Below are positions 38,849 to 50,794 of a DNA stretch of 64,000 bases, piece by piece. The DNA lies in NCBI RefSeq assembly GCF_006345805.1, contig NC_043008.1, positions 744,001-808,000 of the forward strand, given 5' to 3'. The notes under the pieces are model-generated. The model was given only the letters and a program-made list of their open reading frames with translations, was not told the origin of the DNA and ran no database searches. The stretch's first letter is position 1. Each line of letters begins with the position of its first letter. Source of the stretch: Octopus sinensis. Its lineage: Eukaryota. Both the position numbers and the translations under genes were made by a program.

Positions 38849-41074
38849 GTGGTCAATAAAGTAGGTACCAGTCAAATATTGGGATCAATATAATCGATTA
38901 GGTCTCTCACTAATCTTATTCTTGTATTCAGGGTGAGTAAAGCCAAGGTAAATATATGAGAAGTTAATTAAACTGAACCAATTACGTTGAACTGAGTCGA
39001 ACCCGCTGAACTATGCTTCGTTGGAATAACTCAATAAAATATACTGCTAAGAATAAAGTTGTTAGTTCATTACTGAAACCTCTAAAGCAGAGCTCTTAAT
39101 TGAACAGACAAAGGAATAATCTAGAAATAAAGTAGAATAAAGCTTACAAAATCACTCATGGATGAACTGGTTAAGTATGGAATTTATCTTCGTTAGAGAT
39201 ACAAGAAGTTCAAACAGTGATAGACAAACGAACATCAGAATCAATCGTTTAGTATTATAGGACAAATAAATGGCAGTAAAAATAATCGTATGTAAATATT
39301 AGTGTAAGAAGAGAATTTCTGCTTTTCATTTTGAAAGGTTTAGTGCGGGGCATCGGCCAGGATTTGATTGGTTGTTTATTTTATTCATCCCAGGACGGTT
39401 AAACAGAAAAGCAAACCATAGTAAGCGTAAGTAAATACCACAAATAATTCCTTACAGTACTCTAATGATTGTGTTATATAAAGTTGTGATGATGATTTTT
39501 ACTGGTTAATCTTTGCTCCTATCACTGTTTCGTAATCCTTCAAAGCAGTGCCACCTTGATATATTTGTTGTCCGATACGATTTCGGTGACATCATTCGCA
39601 TACGCTGACGCAATCTATCCCAAATCCTAGCTCAAGTGCGATGGCTTTCGAAACCTCGAACTTCTGCAGTCGGTGCTCTAGAGTAACTACACACAGAAGT
39701 GGGGAGAAGGAGAACCCAAGATGGGCAAAACACAAGATTCTGAAAGATTGCGGTGAATGACCATCTACACTGACTACCGAGCAAATGTTGTACATTACAA
39801 GCCATCCAACGTCTTGTGGCAACACTGAAGCTAACTGCTGTGAGAACAATCGCTAAATATTGGTGGTTACCCATCGAAAGATTTCGACTAATCAAAACAG
39901 ACAAGGGACCCACCCAGGCCAGCTTCTTTAGCCTTTCTTCCTATTATCTATTCTGTGCGGTGGCGATTGTCATGGATAGATCAGTTTGGGATGGCGCATG
40001 TCTGTACCTCATCTACAAGAGTATTGGGGACAATCGCCAATATCATTGCCAAACCCTAGGCCAAATTCGTCAACTCCGCATGTTGAAGAGATACAAGCTT
40101 GAAGTTATTACAATCAATCCTACTCTTTGTTCAATTCCTTTTTCAACGGGATCAATACACCTTGTTTCGCAGGACGTGGGGTTCTTTTGTTCTAATGCTA
40201 GCTGCAGTAGATACCTGCCATGAAACCCCAGCAAAGCTAGCATATGCAGATAAACATTGTAGTGCGTACCAAACAAACCCTGCGGCTTCTTTCTCATTTT
40301 GCCAGCCGTCGCTTTCTGTGCTCAATAAGCTGTAATCAGCTTTTCACAGAAATCCGATTTTCTGTTTGAGAACTGGGGCAGGTCGTAGAGGCAAGCAATA
40401 CAGTCCACGTTCCTTTCGAATTTGCCACCAACCTTTCACATTTAGATGAAATTCCACTGAACAGCCGCACGTATCTGCTTGACATCGAGTAACAAGCGCC
40501 CTTCCCGATCTGTCGAAAACTGAATTGCGTACTTCGTTGCCGCGTTGTACGTCTGCCGACCAGGCCCATTAAACGGCTTTCATTCTGTCATGTCCTAGAG
40601 AAAATATCTTCGCTGTGACATGAGCATAAAAAAGTATATCTTTGTATTCTTATGACACATAAATTGAAGCGTTCTAATATTCAAATTTATTTAATTTCTT
40701 CAAATTCAAGTTGTATTGTGAATAAAACATGCAGTGTTTAATTAATGACGAGTAGCTAAAAACACAAATATGTAAATTAGTGTATCCACTACTAATCTAA
40801 CCTAATTTATGTTAGCTTCATATAACAGCGGACCTACGGTTTTGACAGAGGAACCACTAAGCCTTTTTCAGAAGATAAAATAACAAACCTTGAAGCAATC
40901 CGCAAGGAGACTTCTGCCGTCTTAATTTTCACGCATTATTAGTCTAGAAAGTATGTGCTTCGGAGGAGTGGGCAACAAACCTTGAAACAGTTTGTAAGGA
41001 GACCTCTTCCATCTTTGACTTTCCCTGCAGAATAATAACATAGAGAGAATGTCTTTACATTATTATAACCGCCA

Positions 41075-41290
41075 CATAAGGCAGCAAGTTGGTAAAATCG
41101 TTAAAACGCTGGACGAAATGCTTAGCGGTATTTCGCTGGTCGCTCCGTTCTGAGTTTAAATTCCACCGAGGCCGACTTTACCTTTCATCCATTCGGGGTC
41201 GATAAAATAAGTACCAGTTGCACACCGGGGTCGGTGTAATTGACTCATCCCCTCCCCAAAATTGCTGCCTTTGTGGTAAAATTTGAAACC
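41075..41290 (+). mobile_element. SINE family B
   Basis: ggcagcaagttggtaaaatcgtta..gacgaaatgcttagcggtatttcg..cctttcatccattcggggtcgataaaataagtaccag. Confidence 0.88.
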
Positions 41291-41359
41291 ATTATTGTAA
41301 CCTCCACACTAAAGCTTTTTAACAAATACAAACACATACGCGCGGACACACACACACAC

Positions 41360-41411
<52 letters not shown>

Positions 41412-43521
41412 GACACACACACAGATATGCATTAATACATGTATATCTAAGTGTGTGAATATTTGTATCCGAGTCTGTCTTCATGCTTACACCGCTTAAT
41501 TGACGGTACGTATCGTTTAAGTCTCATAATGTAGCGGTTCACCAAACAGATACCAACAAAATAAGTAATAACGGTAGAAATATTGTGCTGAGGTTGATAA
41601 GATCAGTTTTAAACAGTTTTAAATTCAATGACTGAAACCGGCAAAAGAATATTTGAAAACAATTCAGAATATAACGCGAAAATGCAATAATGTAACTACT
41701 TGAAAATATATTGCTTAACTGTGACAGCGCTTAATAAATAATAAGAGAAACATCGAGAAGAACGTTTAAGGAATTTGTGGTTTTCATATAATTTCTAAAT
41801 TTTCAGCGTACAGAAATGTTTTTATCTGTGAACTCTGCAATCTTAATTATCGGTTTCTCGTTTGTCATTGATGCTAGAATTTTAACCTGGAATAACATTG
41901 CATGTTACCAAAATAATACAAACATCTTGCCACTGTTACAGAGTAGTGGTAACTTTGAGCATCGATGCGCTTTCATACCTTGCAATATCCATTGTCCCTT
42001 AGGTGGAATGGATCATATTACGCTTATGTGACCTGACATATGTCAAATCACAGTGCTGGGAAGCAAATTTTGCCTGGTTGATCAGTGCTCTATCCATTCA
42101 ATGATACGAGATCTCTGTTAGGAACAAATGTGAAGAAAAGTGAGAGGTGAAAAAAACGAGGTCTTCATCTGTTCAACTGCTTACCTGAAGAAATAAAAAA
42201 AAAACATAAAAGTAAGCTGTGTGAAACATTAAAAACAAATTGGATAAACTCCCAACGTCGAAACCGAACCAGCCAAGCATTCAAGGATACACTCAAGGAA
42301 GATCAATTGCTACAAACTCAATCACAGACCAAATTTCTGCTATAAAGCGACGACAAAACCAAGAGAAAATGAGCTAAGGCGGTGCTGCAGCATGGCCGCT
42401 GTCCTACGATTGAAACAAGTGAAAGAATAAGAGAAAATAATAGAACGATATCTTAAGAAAATATATTTTCTGTTAAATTATAGCAAATTAATGTTTAGGT
42501 CATAGTTCTCACATACACTGCTAGCTTTATACTACAAACTTAGCAAGGATCCTTTAGGTGGTGTACTTGATCAAACTGCTAGAAATAGCAACCACGTATA
42601 TTTGTCTTAATAAAGATAAAGGCACATATATTATTTATGATGTAACGATAATTTGGATGAAAGAAAAAAGATGCGTTGCTACGACTGGAAGGCTTTTTAA
42701 TATCGACAGACGCTGATTTTGGGCTTAACATTAACAATAGTATTATTATCCTCCATTTCTATAAACAACAATATATGTAAACGTCGAAATGGCACAGAGA
42801 GTAGAATATCGAAGAATAAATCTTTGTAGATTATAACACCGATTATTTTATTGCCATTTAAAATACCAATACAATACATACGGACATACATACATATATA
42901 CATAAATACATACATACATACATACAGTTTTTTGTGGACGATAGAGACGATAGAGACACCAATTAATTACAACGAATTCTTATTGAACGACTCAGATATG
43001 ACTGTTGTGGTTTCATTGCGATGTTATGTTGCTGCAAATTAACCAAAAAAGTTATTAACACTACTGATCATATGCAAATAATTAAAAGTAGGTTTAATCG
43101 TCATACGTAAAGTTTCTGTAATAGTAAAATATGTGTAATACGAAGACTTTAGTTTTAGCAATATAAGATCTTCAGTAATGACAATTTGTCCTGAAAAGAA
43201 ATTTCTATTTCCTGAAAAAGCCAGGTTCTATTTACAACTAGTAACTCTGACTGAATCGATTCAAAGTTATTCTCAGAGATTACGTGACTGAGGTGGCTTT
43301 CGTGAATTTGGAAAAATAAAATGCCACTTATACGGGGTACACAATCATCCGAGCATCACATTAGAGTATTTTCTATCAGGGGATATGAAGTTTAATGCAT
43401 ACGATCAATGCATTTAGTTGCTAAAATGATTTTTAAAGGGAAAATAATAGAATAAAAGCAAAATAAAGAAAACAATGTTGGCATTGATGGTACCACTGTA
43501 CAATAAGCTGATAGAAAGTAG

Positions 43522-43650
43522 TATAAATCTGATTCTAAACGTCACTTTTGTGGATATAAGCATGAACAATCGCCATGTCCTGTATTCGGTATAACTTGTA
43601 TTAAATGTGATAAGAGAAATCACTTTCAGGTAACTGAAAGTGAAATTACT
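43522..43650 (+). pseudogene. Gypsy/Ty3-like gag zinc-knuckle relic
   Basis: FCGYKHEQSPCPVFGITCIKCDKRNHF matches the gag pattern C..CG..H....CPA.G..C..C.K.NHF. Confidence 0.6.
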
Positions 43651-45486
43651 GTAATACCTTAGAATTCCTAAATGAATTTAGAAAAAAAAAAAAGAAACCT
43701 AAAACACCCCCGAAACTAAAAAATATGTGAGAAGTCAAACGAAAAAAATTTGATGGATTACTCATTGAAATTTTGGGAAAATTGATGCATTAATGGGAAA
43801 TGATAAGAGAATAGATGTTGTGTTAATGTTACTGAATGTAAAAAATAAATAAAAATTACTCAGAGCTTGCTTTGTATGAATGTCAGGAATGCTGTTAGTC
43901 CAAAATTTATTCATGAGAATGACATTCCAGGAGAATTTGGGAGATTAAGGAGGATTTTAAGGCTAACTTTCTCCTCAAAAGAACTATCAGTCTATGGTAT
44001 TTCGAGGCAAGGCCATTACTAATAGACAACAAGCGCATAAACATAAAGGATTCGAGGAAACTTAATTTATGAATGCTTTTCCGAAAATGTTCCTCTGGAT
44101 AGAAAATACCTGCTGAAACATTATACAGACCAGATATAGAATCAGCAGACGGCACAATAAAGACTGCATATCAGGTTACATATAAACAACAAACCAATTA
44201 TTTTACAACCAGGAGTAAAGGAAATGCTACACTATACAATTAATCTTTCAAAGACAATAAAAAAACACGCAAGCCCACAACAGTACATGTATGGTTGCAA
44301 AGGCCCAGGCTGCAGCAATAACTGTCATCTATGAGTGGTTTAGAAAGTTAATATCATGATATTGCATATGATAGAAGAAAACATTTTGTCTTGCCTTCAT
44401 GTAAAGAAATAGAAGATTTTAGCTCTTAAGTTTTATTTTTGCATTTGCCGGCTTTTAATTCCAATTTAATGGAATCCATAGTCAAAATTTGGAGTGATAA
44501 GAACTTTACTATTTCAAATTTTACCCAAAACTTGGTCCTAAATATAAATTACACTTTTAAGAGAAGTAAAGGTGTTTCATTCTTAAGAGAAAATATGCAT
44601 TCTTCCAGATTTTTAAATTCTGTATTATTCCACTTCTTCACTGCCTAGGAGACTCAGACACTTATATTTGCGTGTGCCTTACAGGAATGGCTTTAATCCA
44701 ATGCACACCGAACAGGGAAGTCGCTGCACAATCTTTAATCATTTTTTAAATTCCTTGCTACATTATAGATCAATACATACCGTCTGATGTATGAAGAGCA
44801 CGTGAATTTCTGAGCAGCGGTGCGACATAAGACATTAACTGACATTAACGACTGTCGTGCTGATGATGGTTATAGAGGCAGAAAGACGTGTTCACGAGTG
44901 TCATCCAATCTCCAGATATTAAGCTTGTCCTTTTCCTGAATGACAAATTTGGAGAATTCTTGATTATTGATATTATCTCCCCTTCTTATATGGAGCTATT
45001 TTTATTTGCCATTTTGTAATTATAACATAGCCTCTAGAGGCAAAGATTATTTTAATTTTAATAAATCGACAAATCATGTTATGTGATGTTTGTTAAACCG
45101 TATTATTTGTCTTTGTTGTTCAAGTACACGCCACTGGCTTTTCTGAGATATTTCTCTCGTTTTAATAATATTTATATATTTTTGATAGAAAAAAAGACGT
45201 GTTGGGTTGATGAGTGTGTGTGTGTGTATGTGTGTGTGTGTGTGTGCGCGCGCGCGCGCGTGTGTGTGTGTGCGTGTGTGTGTGCGTACTGTGTTTTAAA
45301 GGATTGATACGTATACAAGGTTGGTATGCGTGTAGTGAAGTTTATTTTCAGGTGAGGATCAGGTAACTGCTAGCGTGTATTTGCATATACGTTTGTGTGT
45401 CTATGCGTGTATTGATTGCTCAAATTTTACTGGACCATCAGATTATGACAGTGGAAGGACTGACGATAGGGGTCCAAGTGTTTCTA

Positions 45487-46650
45487 TTTATGGTGGAGAC
45501 CGCAAATAAGCACTCACCTTCTCTCATCTGGTCACGTTCGGAAGATTTCACTCTTGCAGTTTAGCTAGGAGTTCCAGTATAGAGAGTTTTTAAACGTAAT
45601 TCTGTCCTCGATTTGGCATAGCCATTACCTTCTACAGCTGTTAAAATAAAGCTTGCATTTCTTCAATATTTTCCACTTGAGGTTATACTCCGGTGCTTTC
45701 CATCAATGACCTTAGACAGGATTGTGACATTGTGTCTCTTCGGGGATATTGAACGTCCTTATAGTGGTTAAACCTGGCTCTGTAAGGATCTTCTCTCGCG
45801 CCCACTTAATTCTGCAGTTTGAATGCCCGGTAGAGTTATTTTGACGCCACATGTTTCATAAACAACATTAAGAGGTCATGTAAGGTTGCCTGTGCATGAA
45901 CATCCTGATTCTCTCTTAGGAGTTGGCCTGCCTATTAATACTTTCTTTATACTGGTGTGTAGCTAAAAGAAACTCTCAAAGTAGGTTTGTTAAATATTTT
46001 ATAGAAAAATTATTTCCACACTAAGCTATGGCAGATCTTTCCCCCACAGGCTTTTATGGTTGGATAGACGGAGACGAACCACAACACCATACGATGGCTT
46101 TTCCATTTACTTAGATTAGGGTCGGGCATGAAACTACCATTATCTTTTAGAGCTACCAGCAGCCAGAGCCTCATTGTAGTACAGGGCAGCGGGGTAGAAA
46201 ATATCTTTGCTTGAAGATAGGTTGGAGTTTCTTCTGTTGACACCCTCCACTAGATTTCTGAAAGCTGTGACTGAATGACAAGAAGTTGTCTTCATGTATG
46301 CCAACCTATTATTTGGCTTCCTCATGCAGGGTCAAGATCCCGTTAAGGAAATCAGCCGTCTTCGGGTAGGTTTCCCTAATAGTCTTCAAGCTAAGAAGAT
46401 TCAATGTGTGGTTTATTTTCTACCTAAGATTATCGAGTTTCTGGCCATTCGCCATCTCGGTATTGCCAAAGTGTTGTCTCTGTAGAAGCCAAAAACTGCT
46501 TCAGGGGATTATCATATTAAGTAAATCGAGGACGAAAATGCCGAGAAGGTCACACACGCATAACAACCCTGCACACATATCAGATATTCCTCAGATATCC
46601 CACTTGCACACATTTCAACTCAATACAGTTTGGCTGACATCAAAATCCAC
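45487..46650 (-). mobile_element. Decayed Penelope-like element (RT C-terminus plus C-terminal GIY-YIG region) with stop codons at conserved Cys positions
   Basis: DFDV..CDLLGIF..GFYRDN..DFLN..RKPNN..VNRRNSNLSSSKDIF..YYNEAL..LWF..KIFNKPTLRVSFSY..GCSC..T*PLN..VVYE..NLKWKIL..RR*WLC..LNCKSEIFRT*P. Confidence 0.88.
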
Positions 46651-46959
46651 CGAGGTTTTTATGCTTCAACAAACATAAGCCTTGACGAATTTCTCTGTTG
46701 TCTCGCTTGACTTCGGTTCACCTCCTTTTTAACAGCATCTACAAACCGGACCGAATGTGATACTTCTAAACCTTCAGTAACACACAACAGTTACCATTTT
46801 CTCCACTCATTCCGTCTCCGAGGAGCGCTTTTAGTGGATAGTCGCCCGCTTAAGTAATATTCGATGCGAAACTATTAGACTGTATACTTTGATTCATTTA
46901 CCACTCTCTTCAGAAATATAGGACCACCTACTTTTGCCGACTTAAGAATACTCAACCAG

Positions 46960-47232
46960 ATGTATGCATGTATGTATGTATGTATGTATGTATGTATGTA
47001 TGTATGTATGTATGTATGTATGTATGTATGTATGTATGTATGTATGTATGTATGTATGTATATACGTATGTATGTGTATGTATGTATGTATATATATTAT
47101 ATACGTATGTATATGTATGTATATATATGTATATATATATATATATAAATACGTATGTATGTATATATATATATATATAAATACGTATGTATGTATATAT
47201 ATATATATTTATATACGTATGTATGTATGTAG

Positions 47233-47267
<35 letters not shown>

Positions 47268-47360
47268 AATACGTATGTATGTGTGAACCTCTGTGAACGT
47301 GTGCGTGTGCCTTGTGCGTGTGTGCGTGTGTGTGTATGTGTGTGTGTGTGTGTGTGATAT
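46960..47360. repeat. (TATG)n/(TA)n/(TG)n compound microsatellite
   Basis: Direct reading. Confidence 0.95.
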
Positions 47361-48239
47361 TGCGTGTGACAAAACCGCAAGGAGGCTCCTTTGCTCGCTG
47401 GTTACAGAGTGCGTAAAATTACTGATGCCCCTCTTTCGTTAAGACGTTGTAAACATCTCTATCATTAATTTGCTGACACTGTGATGTAGATTGACTGGAG
47501 ATAGGAGATATACCTTGCATCGCTATTTCACTTATGTTTCGTTTAGTTTTATATTTTGAACACATTTACGCCTTCAGCAAAATAGCTAATGTTTGCTTGT
47601 CTGAGAAACTTAGAAGTTCTCTTGAGAGCCTTTAGTATAACAGGAGATCTACATATGTTGTTACAAATACAAATACGTAGCTGAACAGACACACGCACGC
47701 ACATACATACTTTCTTGCTCTCTCCCTCTCACACACATATACACACACACAAGCATAAGCTTCCAGACGCAGCATAGAACGAGATGGACACATACATACA
47801 CTTACAACACATAGACACAAACATACACCCATATATACATATATTGATAATGCTCTGATAAAGACTCATATATACGCACATTAACATACACACATACACA
47901 CACACATACAACATACATACATTCATATATTTATGTATGTATGTACATATGAATGTGTATATGTATTTATATTCGAATAATATATGGTTTCTTTATAAAA
48001 TATGTATTATATAATGTATATAACGAAGATCGATAAGGGATTCCTTAATCGCTTGATTAAATCGAATAAAGCACAGAAAGAGAGAGAGAGGGAGAGAGAG
48101 AGAAAGAGAGAGAGAAAGAGAGTCAGAGAGACAGAGAGAAACACACATGCGCATATATATATATATATGCGCCTCTGTGTGTGTATATATGTATATGTAT
48201 ATATATATAATATGCACACACACAGACACAGACACAGAC

Positions 48240-48285
<46 letters not shown>

Positions 48286-49389
48286 TTGTATACACACACA
48301 TATTTCTCAATTGGTTTCAGACAGAGAATATGGCCATGTAGAGGCCCCATGTTAATGCTTGTTCATTCTGAACTCATAATCTGTCCCTGTCTCCGAAATC
48401 ATTCCTGGTGGAGTAATGAGTTGAAAAAAAAACTGCCCTACATTGCATTTTTTTTTTGCTGCGATATGGGTTCACCTATTATCGCTCACAAGAATTTGTC
48501 TAAATGTTCTTTGTACACATCCGTGTTTTATCCTCATAAGTATGTGAGGCCTTTTGGCATGGTAACGAAAAGTTGTGACATTAAGCTGCTACGGTATTGA
48601 TTCGGTAATCGGAATGAAAAAAAATGGGATTTTTGGTATTATGGATTGGTGTCTAGTTCCGTGAAGATCGAGTAGTCAACTTTGGGTGCCATACCTTTCA
48701 TGATCATCCACATAGATAACAAGGTGAATCCTTCGTTTCTTCTCTCTAGAGAGTAGATCCTACTTATTTTAGTGTCTCCCAATAGCTCATCTGTGGTACT
48801 GAAGCAATATTTGTGGAATAGTGATGTTGGATTGCTTTGAATTCTCTGGTTTGTTTGACGCTTTGTGGCTATGCTGATTAGTCAAAAGCCGTATTCGAAA
48901 AATTTAACTTTTTGGAGCCTTCTAAGAGGTATAAAAAAGATGTTGACCGTTTTACTATAGTTGCCAAGAACTCAACTGTCAGTTAAATATATTTTGAAAT
49001 CTGATGATTACTACGAACGTATGAAAGTGCTAATTGAACTTTATGAACATTACAAAATATTTTTTAATGTTTAACTCAGTTCAACATTGTTAAATTCTTT
49101 TAAATAGAATAATAAAAAAAAAAACATGAAAACTAGAACATGCTTTAACTTTATTCAACTTATATATTATTCTATACACATTTAAACAAATATATATATA
49201 TATGTTTGTGTGTGTGTGTGCGCGTGTGTGTGTGAATATATATATTTATATATATATATTTATTTATATACATGAATATAGATATCTATCATAATATATA
49301 CATATATGAATATATATATGCATATATACATACATACACACATACACACATAATATAAATATAATATATATATATATATATTTACAATA

Positions 49390-49420
<31 letters not shown>

Positions 49421-49422
<2 letters not shown>

Positions 49423-49914
49423 GAACACAATCCTCCAAACACACACGATCATAAAAAGCAAAAGACAGCCTAATCCATGAAAGTCTCCTTACACAGCCCG
49501 AATTAACTCTTCACACAGAAGCCGACAGTAAAAAATGTGGAAGACCCAATTCGGGATGATATGCGACTATTAATCGAGGGTCTGAGTTCTCCTTCAAACA
49601 GGGACACGTTTTTTACAGTGAAAAGCAAACTTCACATGTGCTTCGGAGAACTAAATATACTCACTAACCTGCTCCGGGTGTCAAGAGCAGTACATAGGCA
49701 AACAAAAATGGTTTGCGTAAAGAAGGGCCTGCACAGATCCCAGTAAAAATCCCCAAAACAGACAAAAAGCTTTAGCAACACATAGATACTTGCGCCACAA
49801 AAAAACACCAAACTTCAGAATTTTCCCCCTCTACCAATTAGGGACGATACAACCTCGAGACAACGAATAAGTAAAGAAAATCTCTTATTTACAAAATACA
49901 AGCCACTTATTAAC
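49421..49914 (+). mobile_element. Diverged Penelope-like (Neptune-type) GIY-YIG endonuclease fragment
   Basis: After frameshift repair: MNTILQTHTIIKSKRQP..KCGRPN..GSEFSFKQG..FTCASEN..LTCSGCQEQYIG..HIDTC..FPLY..YKPLIN; begins at a (TA)n tract. Confidence 0.8.
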
Positions 49915-50627
49915 GGGTTACGACAAAACAATTAATATACCTCAACTTAGAATAAAGAAAAATATATATATACACACACAAATACTACACTCCATAGAAC
50001 ATTATTAATCAGCCCTTCATAGCTATATTTCACCCATTCATATTCTCCTTCTCTGTTTTTTCTTCTTCTTCTTCTTGCTCTCTTTCTTCATCATCATCGT
50101 TATCATCATCATCGGCATCATCATCATCGCCACCATCATCACCACCATCTTTCCTCTCCTCATTCTTTCTTCTTCTTCTTATCATCCATCTTATCATCAT
50201 CATGTCGTCATAATCATCACCACCATCAACATCATCGTCATCTTCTCTTCTCCTTCTCCGTATTCTTCTTCGTCTTTCTCTCTTCTCCACCCCCTAACCC
50301 TTAAGTTGTCACTAATGTTTTTTAGTATAACACCTACGCTAATTCTATAAAGAAGCCTGTCATATAAATATTCCTGAATTGAACTGAGATGCCAGCCGCC
50401 ACTGACCATTCAAAATACGACCATCAGGGCACTCCCAGATTCTCCCCCCCATTCCTCACCAGCCTTCTCTCTACTACCCTACCAAGAGCTCAAACTACTC
50501 GAACACACAAGTGCAAACAAGGGAGTCAGAGAAAGGCAGAATGCCACTTAATTGAACACTACTATAGAAATATTCTTTTAAAAAAACTTTTCTTCTAATT
50601 TTTCTAATTTAAATTATTATCGTACAG

Positions 50628-50661
50628 TTGAAAAGGTCTCAAATGACCGACACCGGTACTG
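50628..50661 (+). ncRNA. Degenerate minimal type I hammerhead-like motif (PLE pseudo-LTR)
   Basis: cag-ttgaaaa-ggtc-tcaaat-gacc-gaca-ccgg-ta-ctg: stem II GGUC/GACC, palindromic stem III ACCGGU, stem I CAG/CUG; three core substitutions. Confidence 0.5.
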
Positions 50662-50752
50662 AAATGTTCAATATAAAAATTATTTTAGCATTTTCTATTT
50701 TTACTTGTTTTTTCATATATATCAACTCGTGTGTTCCTTTTCACCCTTATAC

Positions 50753-50786
<34 letters not shown>

Positions 50787-50794
<8 letters not shown>

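Noticed and set aside
41816-42031. 71-aa ORF with a hydrophobic N-terminus and CxxxxCxxxCP (antistasin-like)
   Set aside because: The Cys pattern is incomplete, the ORF is of chance-expected length and there is no supporting exon structure
45445-45466. ATGA-cagt-ggaagg-actg-ACGA as a SECIS on the plus strand
   Set aside because: It is on the opposite strand to the PLE ORF and the helix is far too short
50030-50350. Acidic/Arg-rich and Ile/Ser-rich ORFs
   Set aside because: Derived from degenerate (CAT)n/(CTT)n repeats
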